Of a stretch of 64,000 nucleotides of DNA, positions 55,111 to 63,989 are shown in pieces. The stretch is from Actinomycetes bacterium. Its GTDB lineage: Bacteria > Actinomycetota > CALGFH01. The notes under the pieces were generated by a model. The model did no database searches and was not told where the DNA came from. It saw nothing but the letters and a program-made list of their open reading frames with translations. Positions within the stretch are counted from its first letter, which is position 1; every line of letters starts with the position of its first letter. The stretch spans positions 204 to 64,203 of the forward strand of contig DASVXQ010000414.1 of the NCBI GenBank assembly GCA_036392615.1, given 5' to 3'. The position numbers were made by a program, and so were the translations under genes.

Positions 55111-58100
55111 ATGCCGCCTGGCTGGCAGCTGACGATCCACGGCGACCGCGTGGTCGCGGAGCCGTCGGGCAGCCTTCCTGGTGTGGCGCCGCAGGCGCCG
55201 TCCGTGCTGGTGGGTCGAGCGCTGGAGCTGACGGCGATCGCGACGGCCATGACGGCGGCGCGGCGGAGTACGGCGCGGGCGGTCCACCTGGTTGGGGAGC
55301 CAGGCATTGGCAAGACGACACTGGCTGAGCATGCGGCGGCGCTGGCCGCCGAGCAGGGGTGGGTGGTGGCGTGGGGGCGGGCCTGGGACGCTGGCGCGGC
55401 GCCGTACTGGCTCTGGCAGCAGGTCCTCGGCTCCCTGGCACGCATAACCAACGTGTCGGACCGGGTCCATCCCGCGACCGCGGCCTGGCTGGTCGACTTG
55501 GTGCCGGAGCTTGCCGGGGCCAATGAGGTGGCGCCGGCGCCCGCCCTGGATCCAGACCGCGCCCGGCTGGCGCTGCAGCGCGCGGTCGTCCAGATCCTGG
55601 GGATGGCCGCCGCCGACCGGCCGCTGCTGGTCGTGCTGGACGATGTCCACGACGCCGACGCGGCGTCGCTGGCGCTGGCCACCCTGGTGTGCCGAAGCCT
55701 GCCCGACAGCCGGCTGCTGGTGCTCACAACCCAACGGCCGGTGGGGCCGGCACGCGAGGCAACCACCATAGGGCTGCTCGGGCGGCTCAACCGTCAGGGC
55801 GCCTTGGTCCCGGTCGGTCCGCTGGACCAGGCGGCGATCGCGGCGCAGGCCGCAGCGCTGACCGGGACCCAGCCGGCTGCCGGGGAGGTGGCGTGGCTAC
55901 ACCGGGCAAGCGGCGGCAACCCGTTCTTCGTCGACCAGCTGGTGCGCTGGTCGGCCACGCGCGAGCGGGCCCGGCCGCCGGACGAGCTACCGGTGAGCGC
56001 GGCGGTGCGTGCGGTGGTGGGCGAGCGGCTGGACGGGCTTGGTGGCGAGGCCCGCCGGGTGGTGACGGTGGCGGCGGTGGCCGGCGACGAGGTCGACCAG
56101 CAGGTCCTTGCCACCGTCGCTGGGTTGCCGCCAGGCCGCTTCGCCGACGCGCTCGGCGAGGCGGTCGCCGCGGGGATCCTGTGGCGGCGGGTTTCCGACC
56201 ATCCGTCCTGTGGGTTCGTGCACGCGCTGCTGCGCGAGGCTGCCCGCATGCAGGTCGATGCCCAGGTGCGGCGGGCGCTGCACCTGGGCATCGCGACCGC
56301 GCTGGAGGCGCTGCCCGGCCGGCCCGGGCGGTTGGCGGAGGGCGCCCGCCACTATCGCGCGGCGTTGCCGGCCGGCGACCCGCAGGTCATGGTGGATCGG
56401 ACGGTCGCCGCCGGGGAGGCGGCCTTGCGGGTCTTTGCCCATGAGGCCGCGATCGCGCAGTGCACGGCCGGCCTGACCGCACTCGGCTCGTACGGGTCCC
56501 GCGGGCTGGTGCGGCAGTGGCGGGCGCGGCTGCTGGGTGTGCTCGGCGAGGCACGACAGCACGCCGGCGATCTGGTCGGGGCGCGGCAGACGCTGGTGGA
56601 CGCCCATGCGCTGGCCGCCAGCGCCGGTGACCCCCTCCTGGCCGCGGACGCCGTCATCCGGATGCCTCGCCTGACACAGTTCCTGGTCCCGGACCGCGAG
56701 CTGGAGTCGATGCTGACCGGAGCGCTCGAGGGGCTGGGGGACGCCGCGCCGGCACTGCGGGCGCGGCTGCTGGCCCGCCATGCGGTGATCGCCGAGGATG
56801 CCACCGATCGCCAGGCCCGCAGCGACCAGGCGGTCAGGATCGCCCGCGCTGCCGGGGACGCCGGGCTGCTGGCGGAGGTGCTCAGCTCGCGGCTGTACGT
56901 GCAGTGGGCGCCGGAGACGGCCGCGGAGCGGCTGGCAACCGCCACCGAGATCATCGAGCTTGCGGTGCGGACCGGGGACGTGCGGCGGGAGTTGGACGGC
57001 CGCATGTGGCGGCTGATCGCGCTGCTGGAGTTCGGTCGGGTCGCCGAGGCCGAAGCCGAGCTGGACCGCTATGAGCGGCTCGCGGAGCGAATCGAGCAGC
57101 CGGAATTCCTCTTCTTCGCTCGCTCCCGCCGCGCCACGCTTGCCACATTGCGGGGCCGCTTCGACCACGCCGAGCAGCTGGCCCGCGCGGCCTACGATCT
57201 GGCACTCAGGGCCGGGCTGTCCGATGCCGTCAACGTGTTCGGCGCCCAACTTGGGATGCTCGCCGCGGCGCGCGGCCGCAACCCGCTGGATGAGATGCCC
57301 GAGGTGCCGGCGGTCCAGGACGTGCCGTTGGTGTTCCAGGCCCATGGCTTGCTGGCCGCCGGCAGGCGCGAGGAGGCCAGTGCACTGCTTCCGGGCGGCT
57401 TGGGGAACATCGACCCTGTCTGGGTTCTCGGGCCGGCCCGTTCGATCTACCTGGCCACAGTGGCCGAGGTGGCCTACCAGCTGGGTGACGCCGACGCCGC
57501 CCGGTGGGTCCGTGACCAGCTGATCGGCCACGCCGACCAGTTCATCGTCGCGGCCGGCGCCGTCGGGTGCGCCGGCGCGGTCTCCCGGCTGCTTGGGCTG
57601 TGCGCGCTGACCCTGGAGCAGCTCGACGACGCGGTGGGTTGGCTGCGCCAGGCGGTGGCCAGTAACCGCCGGATTGGTGCGGCACCGTTCCTTGCCCGCG
57701 CCCAGGCCGAGCTCGCCATCGCGCTGCGCCGGCGGGGCCGGGTCGGTGACGCGCAGCAGGCAAGGCAGCTGCTGGCCGAGGCGGCCAGCACTGCGGCGGA
57801 GCTGGGAATGTCGGCGCTGACCCGCCAGATCGCCGGGTTACGGGCGGCCGACACTGAGCCGGGTCCTGACCGGCCGTTGCTGCGCCAGGACGGTGAGACC
57901 TGGCTGCTCACCATGGACGGCCGGACCACCCGGCTGCGGCACAGCAAGGGGCTGGCCCAGCTCGCGCTGTTGCTGGCCAATCCCGGCCAGGAGATCACCG
58001 CGGTCGAGCTGGCCGGCGGGGTGCCCGCCCCGTCGGTCCCCGATCCGGTCCTCGACCAGACTGCCAAGCGGGCCTACCGCCAGCGGCTCGCCGAGCTGGA

Positions 58101-58377
58101 CCAGGCGCTGGATCGGGCCGCCGCCCGCGGTGACGCCGCCGCCGCGGACGACCTGGAGGCCGAGCGCGCCGCGCTGGTGGCCGAGCTCAAGCGCGCCGCC
58201 GGGCTGGCCGGCCGATCGCGAGAGTTCTCCGACGAGGCCGAGCGGGCGCGGGTCAACGTCACCCGCACGATCCGCCAGGCGCTGGACCGGATCTTGGTCG
58301 CCGACCCGGAAGCCGGCCGCCACCTGCTCGGCTCGGTGCGCACCGGCATCCGCTGCGTTTACCAGCCCGACGGCTGA
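55111..58377 (+). CDS. Large STAND-type regulator: AAA_16 P-loop NTPase + TPR-like helical repeats + C-terminal winged-helix-like/coiled segment (no LuxR HTH)
   Basis: LVGRALELTAIATAM...AVHLVGEPGIGKTTLAEH; LLVVLDDVHDAD; a long Ala/Leu-rich repeat region; C-terminus WLLTMDGRTTRLRHSKGLAQLALLLANPGQEITAVELAG ... ERARVNVTRTIRQALDRI...IRCVYQPDG. Confidence 0.7.
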   Translation: MPPGWQLTIHGDRVVAEPSGSLPGVAPQAPSVLVGRALELTAIATAMTAARRSTARAVHLVGEPGIGKTTLAEHAAALAAEQGWVVAWGRAWDAGAAPYWLWQQVLGSLARITNVSDRVHPATAAWLVDLVPELAGANEVAPAPALDPDRARLALQRAVVQILGMAAADRPLLVVLDDVHDADAASLALATLVCRSLPDSRLLVLTTQRPVGPAREATTIGLLGRLNRQGALVPVGPLDQAAIAAQAAALTGTQPAAGEVAWLHRASGGNPFFVDQLVRWSATRERARPPDELPVSAAVRAVVGERLDGLGGEARRVVTVAAVAGDEVDQQVLATVAGLPPGRFADALGEAVAAGILWRRVSDHPSCGFVHALLREAARMQVDAQVRRALHLGIATALEALPGRPGRLAEGARHYRAALPAGDPQVMVDRTVAAGEAALRVFAHEAAIAQCTAGLTALGSYGSRGLVRQWRARLLGVLGEARQHAGDLVGARQTLVDAHALAASAGDPLLAADAVIRMPRLTQFLVPDRELESMLTGALEGLGDAAPALRARLLARHAVIAEDATDRQARSDQAVRIARAAGDAGLLAEVLSSRLYVQWAPETAAERLATATEIIELAVRTGDVRRELDGRMWRLIALLEFGRVAEAEAELDRYERLAERIEQPEFLFFARSRRATLATLRGRFDHAEQLARAAYDLALRAGLSDAVNVFGAQLGMLAAARGRNPLDEMPEVPAVQDVPLVFQAHGLLAAGRREEASALLPGGLGNIDPVWVLGPARSIYLATVAEVAYQLGDADAARWVRDQLIGHADQFIVAAGAVGCAGAVSRLLGLCALTLEQLDDAVGWLRQAVASNRRIGAAPFLARAQAELAIALRRRGRVGDAQQARQLLAEAASTAAELGMSALTRQIAGLRAADTEPGPDRPLLRQDGETWLLTMDGRTTRLRHSKGLAQLALLLANPGQEITAVELAGGVPAPSVPDPVLDQTAKRAYRQRLAELDQALDRAAARGDAAAADDLEAERAALVAELKRAAGLAGRSREFSDEAERARVNVTRTIRQALDRILVADPEAGRHLLGSVRTGIRCVYQPDG

Positions 58378-58806
58378 TCGAACACCTCCGTTCGCCGGCA
58401 ACGAACGCCTCCCCGGTAGCCGCAACCACGAGGAGGTGCGACGTGCGGATGGTCTTCTTCATGGATCCGGTCAGCGGGTGGAGCCGGTGGACGCCGCCGC
58501 TGCCGATCGAGGCTACGCCGCCAGGCGAGGGGGATCCGACGGACGCTTCGGCGTGCCCGGCAGGCCAGGGGCCGATCGTCGGGCTGCTGGGCCGGGTGGG
58601 CGCCTGGTTCGGCGTCTGCGAGCAGACCCCATCGGGCCGCTGGCGCCGGCTCCACGTCGCCCACCGCGACCCGTGGGAACCGGGCGCACGCCACCATCAC
58701 CGCACCGTCTGGAGTTGGTGGTGCCCACGACCGCCCATCCCGGTCGGCGCGGCTCAAACCCCAACGCGGACTGTGGCGTTGATGGTCCAAGGAAGGAGGC
58801 GTGACC

Positions 58807-59427
58807 ATGCGCGTGGACCTGTTCGCCGATCCGGCGTGCATGTGGTCATGGCTGACATCGCGCTGGCTGGTTGAGGTCGCATCCCAACGGGGTCTACAGG
58901 TGCGGCTGCGCGGCTACAGCCTGCTGCTGCGCGACGGCCCCGAGAGGCTGGAGGACTGGAAGGCCGCCTTGTGGGGGGCGTCCCACCGGGCGGTGCGGGT
59001 GATGCAGGCGCTCGGCACCGACGACCCAGACGGGGTCCGCGGCTTCTACGAGGCGCTCATCACCCAGAGCCTGGCGGCCCACAACGCCGGCGGGCCGCCA
59101 TTCCAGGACCTGCAGGGCGCCCTGGCAGCCGCCGGGCTGGCGCCGACCTACGCGGGCGCCGCCGATGACGCCGCCTGGGACGAGCCGATTCGGCGGTCGA
59201 TGGCCGAGGCGTTCGCCGTGGTTGGGCAGGGAGTAGGCATACCAGCGCTGGTGCTGCGTCTCGACCCGCCGGTGGGGTTGCATGGACCGCTGGTCTCGCC
59301 CCCGCCGAGCGGGATCGACGCGGTGCGACTTTGGGACGCCGCAGTGGCCTTCGCCACCATGCCGGGGGTGCTGGAGCTATCACGTCCCCGGCCACGCCGG
59401 CCTACGGTCCCGGGGTTGCGGCTCTAG
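58807..59427 (+). CDS. DsbA-family thioredoxin-fold protein (CxxS variant)
   Basis: MRVDLFADPACMWSWLTSRWLVEV ... GIPALVL....GLHGPLVSPPPSG. GGAGG lies upstream. The N-terminal motif is C-M-W-S rather than CxxC. Confidence 0.6.
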   Translation: MRVDLFADPACMWSWLTSRWLVEVASQRGLQVRLRGYSLLLRDGPERLEDWKAALWGASHRAVRVMQALGTDDPDGVRGFYEALITQSLAAHNAGGPPFQDLQGALAAAGLAPTYAGAADDAAWDEPIRRSMAEAFAVVGQGVGIPALVLRLDPPVGLHGPLVSPPPSGIDAVRLWDAAVAFATMPGVLELSRPRPRRPTVPGLRL

Positions 59428-59705
59428 CCGGGGCGGATGTCAGACAACCAGGTGGCTGGCTGCCGCCACGCTCGTCGGTCGCCGGCTGGCTTCCCCGCCT
59501 ACCTGCACACCCCATCCGCGCTCGCGGTAGACGCAGCCGAGCGGATCGCTCGGGCGCTGTGGGACCAGGCTGCCTGAGTGTCGTGGGGGCTGATGCCAGC
59601 TGCATCGGCACCAGCCGCTGTGGCTGCCGTCCACGCAGGCTGTAACCGGCGTCGAGGAGGCCGGGAGGTGGCCGTGATGGAGGTCTGCCGGGTGCCGCGG
59701 GAGGC

Positions 59706-60830
59706 GTGGCGGTGACCCCACCAGCCCGACGCGCCCGCACGCGGTGGCGGCCGGGCGTGGCTGCGTGGGGACTGTGGGCGCTGGCCAGCCGCCGTCCAGC
59801 ACACCCGGTCGGCTGGCTGCTGCTGGCGCTTGGCCTGTCGGTGGCGGCGTCCGGCGTGGCCACCGGCTGCGCAAGCTACGGACTGCTGGCCCGACCCGGA
59901 ATGCTGCCAGCCGCCGACTACGCTGCGATCCACCACGGCGCCAGCGTCATTGTCTGGGCAGCCTGTATCGGCTTCGTGCTGCTGCTCACCCCGACCGGGT
60001 CGCTGCCCTCGCCGTACTGGCGCTGGTGGGCCCGGATCGCGGAGGCGGCTCCGCTGGTGGCGCTGGTGTCGACGTCGCTGCTGCCGTTGGACCCGCCCTA
60101 CCGGTCGGTCGCCAACCCACTCGCCGTCGCTGCGCTGACTGGCCCGCTGCGGGTCGTCAACGCCGTCACCTGGGTTGCCACCGGCCTTGCGATCCCGGTC
60201 GCGGCCTGGTCGCTGGTGGTGCGCTTTCGCCGCACCGGTGGGATCGAGCGCCAGCAGCGGCGCCGGCTGGCCCTGGCCGCGGGGTTGGCGGGCGTGGTGG
60301 TGGCCCTGGGGGCGCTGGCGCCGATAGGCAACGAGATCCTGCTCGGCTGGCTGTCCGCAGTCTGTGTGGCGCTGCTGCCGCTAGCCCCCGACGCGGCGAT
60401 CCTGCGCTACCGGCTGTATGACCTGGACCGCATCATCAGCCACACGCTGGCCTACGGGCTGTGCACCGTGCTGCTGGGCGGCGGCTACGCCGGGGTGGTC
60501 CTCGGCCTCGGCCAGCTCTTGGGCCGCGACTCAACCCTGACGGTGACCGTGGCGACCCTGGCGGTGGCCGCAGCGTTCCAGCCGGTTCACGGCCGCGTCC
60601 AGGCGTTGGTCGACCGGCGGTTCAACCGGCGCCGCTACGACGCCGCCCAGACGATTCAGGCGTTCAGCGCGCGGCTGCGCCAGCAGGTCGACCTGGAGGC
60701 CCTGACCGCTGAGCTGCTGGCGGTGGTCGAGCAGACCATGCAGCCGACCAGCGTGTCGTTGTGGCTGCAACCCTCGGTCAGCGCATCCCCCGAGCGGCGC
60801 GGCACCGGCGCACCCCGGACGGCGTCGTAG
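59706..60830 (+). CDS. Multi-TM sensor-like membrane protein (input region typical of actinobacterial histidine kinases) lacking any kinase domain
   Basis: About 8 TM helices, then ILRYRLYDLDRIISHTLAYGLCTVLLGGGYAGVVLGLGQLL ... FQPVHGRVQALVDRRFNRRRYDAAQTIQAFSARLRQQVDLEALTAELLAVVEQTMQPTSVSLWL, followed by a stop. No HisKA or HATPase motifs are present. Confidence 0.6.
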   Translation: MAVTPPARRARTRWRPGVAAWGLWALASRRPAHPVGWLLLALGLSVAASGVATGCASYGLLARPGMLPAADYAAIHHGASVIVWAACIGFVLLLTPTGSLPSPYWRWWARIAEAAPLVALVSTSLLPLDPPYRSVANPLAVAALTGPLRVVNAVTWVATGLAIPVAAWSLVVRFRRTGGIERQQRRRLALAAGLAGVVVALGALAPIGNEILLGWLSAVCVALLPLAPDAAILRYRLYDLDRIISHTLAYGLCTVLLGGGYAGVVLGLGQLLGRDSTLTVTVATLAVAAAFQPVHGRVQALVDRRFNRRRYDAAQTIQAFSARLRQQVDLEALTAELLAVVEQTMQPTSVSLWLQPSVSASPERRGTGAPRTAS

Positions 60831-61358
60831 CCGGCGGCGCCGTCACTCCCACGGCGTTGTGAAACAGTCACTGAGTAGGGCCGACCTGGCCCGGCGTGAG
60901 GTGTGCTGCGGATTCGCCGCTTCCGGGGCCTCCGGGTTGTAAGGCGGAGGCTGACACGGAGGGCAACTCGGAGGCTGACTGGACGACCGGGTGGTCATCG
61001 CCTCCGGATCGCCTCCGCAGCTGGCGGATCGGTAGACCTCTGCCCGAAGGAAGGTCAACGAAGCGGTGGGCGGGCTGGTAGGCATGGATGCTCTCCTCGC
61101 GGTCCAAGAGGGGTGTTGGTGGTGACCGCCCGGCGGTGCGTCGCACCGGGCGGGACCGGGCGATGGTGCCGGCGTCGTCGCGCGCCCGCGCAACGCTTGG
61201 CAGACGCGTGTTTCCAGGGTGTCGCGCCGGGCACTGATGAGCTGGTCCGACAAGTCGTCGACCGATGGACGCACCAGGGATGCACGACGCCGCGCCGGCG
61301 AGGATCCTTCGAGGCTATCTCTCGGAGAAACCGCAGGTCAGCGGGGGGTGTGGGGGAG

Positions 61359-61400
61359 TGCGCCGCCAGGGACTCGAACCCCGAACCCGCTGATCAAGAG
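61359..61400 (-). pseudogene. tRNA-Lys(CUU)-like 3' fragment (anticodon loop to acceptor end); 5' half absent
   Basis: The reverse complement reads CTCTTGA-TCAGC-GGGTT-CGGGG-TTCGAGT-CCCTG-GCGGCGC-A. That is an anticodon loop (CTT), 3' anticodon stem, variable loop, a complete T-arm and the 3' acceptor strand. Upstream GCAAA cannot pair with TCAGC, and there is no D-arm. Confidence 0.55.
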
Positions 61401-61697
61401 TTTGCTTGGTTTTAACGGTGGCCAACCTGCGGAAACGGCTGTTCAGGCCCGAACATAATTCCATAGTTATCGTGTGGATTCGACGGCCTGAAACGCCTCA
61501 CTGTTTGCCGCCTCGCACCACGTCGGTCCAGCTCACCTCAGCCCATGTACCTGCAACCATACCGATCAGGCGCTCCCGCCTCCAATCCTCGCCACGCTAC
61601 CTCTTCTTGACTCGCATTCGCTTTCTGTCGTCGCGCCCTGAGTACCATCGAATTCAATGCAGGACAGCACGCGGCAGCACACCATGGACGGTTCGCG

Positions 61698-61746
61698 GCT
61701 GTCTTGTAACAGCAGGTTCCGGGTTCGAGTCCCGGCGCCAGCTCCA
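61698..61746 (+). pseudogene. tRNA-Thr(UGU)-like 3' fragment (anticodon arm to CCA) with a 6-nt anticodon loop; 5' part absent
   Basis: GCTGT-CTTGTA-ACAGC-AGGTT-CCGGG-TTCGAGT-CCCGG-CGCCAGC-T-CCA. The T-arm and anticodon stem are perfect. The loop is one nt short of CTTGTAA. No matching 5' acceptor strand (GCTGGCG) or D-arm lies upstream. Confidence 0.55.
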
Positions 61747-61868
61747 AGGATCGCAGGGCATCAGCCTGAAATCCTTGCCTTGCTTGTCCGGCGGTCATTC
61801 GTCACGTGAGACGGTGATCATGACCAGCCTCACGACACCAGGGTCGACCCAGGGCAGAGCAGGACCGA

Positions 61869-61893
61869 CCCTCCCGGCCGCTAGCCGGGAGGG
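61869..61893. terminator. Perfect 10-bp GC hairpin overlapping the stop codon of the DHA2 MFS gene
   Basis: CCCTCCCGGC-cgcta-GCCGGGAGGG. The stop codon (complement of 61881-61883) lies in the loop. No U-tract is present. Confidence 0.35.
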
Positions 61894-63470
61894 ACGCCAG
61901 GACCATCGTGCGCCGCGGTCGTGCTGGCCACCGCAGCATCCCTCTCGAGGGCGGTTGGCTGCTGGTTGTGCAGGACGGCCAGGGTCAGGACGGCCAAGGC
62001 GAGGCCGATGCCGGCGGCGATCGCCGAACTGAGCTGTATGCCAACGACGAACGCCTCGCGGGCGGCGGCGAGCACGGCCGCTCCAAGATCGCCGGGGAGC
62101 TGGGCCGCGGCTGCCGCGGCGCTCCCTAGGGTGTCGCGGGCCGCCTCGACGGCCTCGGCCGGGACGGCGGCCGGGAGCCGGTCGGCCAGCTCGCTTCGGT
62201 AGATGGCCAGCCCGACCGAGCCCAGGATCGCGATCCCGAGGGCGCCGCCCAGCTCGGCGGCGGTCTCCGAGATCCCCGAGGCTGCGCCGGCCTGCTTGGG
62301 CGGGGCCGCCCCGACGATCAGCTCGGTGGTCACCCCGAACACCGGGGCCAGGCCCAGCGAGATGATCACCGACCCGGCGATCAAAGGGACCAGGCCGCTA
62401 GTGACCCCGACCTGGGTGAGCAGCCCCAGGCCGATCGAGGCCAGGGCGAGGCCGCCGGCGACCACATAGGCCGGCCGCACGCCATAGAGCAGGCGGGGGA
62501 CGAGTTGGCTGCCGATGATGAACGCGACCGCCGAGGGCAGCGACCACAGCCCGGCCTCCAGCGGGGACAGCCCGATCACCAGCTGGAGGTACTGGGCGAC
62601 GAACAGGAAGTAGCCGACGGCGATGAAGATCGCCAGGAAGTTGGCGGCTAGGGCGGCGTTGAACACCCTAAGCCGGAACAGGCCGACGTCGATCATCGGG
62701 TCCGGGAGCCGCCGCTGACGGACCACGAACCCCACCGCGAGCGCCAGCCCGGCCGCGATCGCGGCCGCAGCGATCACGCTGGGGCCGTCCTGGGCGATCT
62801 CCTTGAGCCCGAAGATCACCGCCAGCACCGCGACCACCGACATGGCCGCCGACACCAGGTCGAGACGACCGGCGTCCGGGTCGCGATACTCGGGCAGGAC
62901 CCGCGGGCTCACGATGAGCAGGGCGGCGATCACCGGGATGGCGAGCAGGAAGACCGAGCCCCACCAGAAGTGCTCCAGCAGCACGCCGCCCAGCAGCGGG
63001 CCGATGGCCTCGCCGACCGAGAAGCTTGCGATCCAGAAACCGACCGCGACAGAGCGCTGCCTGGGGTCCTGGAACATGTGGAAGATCAGCGACAGGGTCG
63101 AGGGGGCCAGGGTCGCCCCGGCGATCCCCAGCAACGCCCGGCTCACGATCAGCCACTCGGCGGTGGGGGACAACGCAGCCAGAACCGACAGCAGGCCGAA
63201 CGCAGTGGCCCCGATCAGCAGCAGCCGCCGGCGGCCGATGCGGTCGCCGAGCGTGCCCATGGTGATGAGCGAGCCGGCGACGAAGAACCCGTAGATGTCG
63301 ATGATCCACAGCAGCTGGGCGCTGGTCGGCCGCAGGTCGGTGCTGATGGCGGGAACGGCCAGGTACAGCACGGTCAGGTCCATCACATACAGCACACAGG
63401 CCAGCGCCAGCACCGCCAGCCCGATCCACTCGCGCCGTCCGGCCCTTGGTGGCACCTCGATCGCCGTCAT
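61881..63470 (-). CDS. MFS drug:H+ antiporter, DHA2 (EmrB/QacA-like, 14-TMS) family
   Basis: LAVLALACVLYVMDLTVLYLAVPAISTDLRPTSAQLLWIIDIYGFFVAGSLITMGTLGDRIGRRRLLLIGATAFGL. 529 aa with about 14 hydrophobic segments. Confidence 0.8.
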   Translation of the reverse strand: MTAIEVPPRAGRREWIGLAVLALACVLYVMDLTVLYLAVPAISTDLRPTSAQLLWIIDIYGFFVAGSLITMGTLGDRIGRRRLLLIGATAFGLLSVLAALSPTAEWLIVSRALLGIAGATLAPSTLSLIFHMFQDPRQRSVAVGFWIASFSVGEAIGPLLGGVLLEHFWWGSVFLLAIPVIAALLIVSPRVLPEYRDPDAGRLDLVSAAMSVVAVLAVIFGLKEIAQDGPSVIAAAAIAAGLALAVGFVVRQRRLPDPMIDVGLFRLRVFNAALAANFLAIFIAVGYFLFVAQYLQLVIGLSPLEAGLWSLPSAVAFIIGSQLVPRLLYGVRPAYVVAGGLALASIGLGLLTQVGVTSGLVPLIAGSVIISLGLAPVFGVTTELIVGAAPPKQAGAASGISETAAELGGALGIAILGSVGLAIYRSELADRLPAAVPAEAVEAARDTLGSAAAAAAQLPGDLGAAVLAAAREAFVVGIQLSSAIAAGIGLALAVLTLAVLHNQQPTALERDAAVASTTAAHDGPGVPPG

Positions 63471-63749
63471 CTTGTGGGGCTCCTCATCGTTGATCTGCCC
63501 ACCAGGGCCTGGTGCCTTCGTCGAGCGCCGTGGAGATGATCATCCGTTTGATCCTCCAGACGATCCGCCGAGACCCATTCGGATCGGCTGTGTTGCATTG
63601 CGCCGGCTCCGGGCATGCTGAAGCCGCGACCTCCGCGCCGGATCAGATCGTCACGGCCAACTCGTCGAACGCGACCGCTACCCGCCGGCTCGCTGGCTCC
63701 TCCACCGCCAACTCGTAGTGTCCACGCCGGAGATTCTGCACTAACTAGC

Positions 63750-63890
63750 GGGCGACCAGGTGTGGCGAGGAAGTCGTCGAGCAGGCCAATGGCCTCGGTG
63801 TAGGACTTCACCGTGCGCTCGCTCTTGTCCTCCGCGCAGAGGGTGCGGAAGCTGGCGTTGAGGCTGGGAGCGCAGCCCGAGGCATCGGCG
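63750..63890 (-). pseudogene. N-terminal (SAM-like core-binding) fragment of a tyrosine recombinase/integrase
   Basis: LNASFRTLCAEDKSERTVKSYTEAIGLLDDFLA matches the 'F...L.ae.kS..T...Y..a...f..FL' block of phage-integrase N-terminal domains. No catalytic domain follows; the sequence degenerates, with TAG/TAA in neighbouring frames. Confidence 0.45.
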
Positions 63891-63930
63891 GTGCTGGGTC
63901 CTGCCACCTCTCCATTGGCGTCGATGCTCG

Positions 63931-63989
63931 GCCGTGCTGGTCGGTGTTGGTGGTATCGGAGCCGATGGACGCACCATGGACACATATCG
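63931..63989 (+). repeat. Imperfect direct repeat, copy 2 (partner at 20287-20346)
   Basis: See copy 1. It lies immediately 5' (on the minus strand) of the integrase fragment, at the right edge of the window. Confidence 0.5.

Noticed and set aside
58443-58874. 143-aa ORF with a good GAGGAGG-N6-GTG start between the STAND gene and the DsbA-like gene.
   Set aside because: The product is Trp/Arg/Pro-rich with no motifs, and it overlaps the DsbA-like gene by about 70 nt. It is possibly a short leader peptide, but I cannot support a gene call.
61401-61697. Structured ncRNA or small gene in the lower-GC spacer between the tRNA fragments.
   Set aside because: I could not find a convincing fold, promoter/terminator pair or ORF with a ribosome-binding site. 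It is treated as relic DNA pending covariance-model searches.
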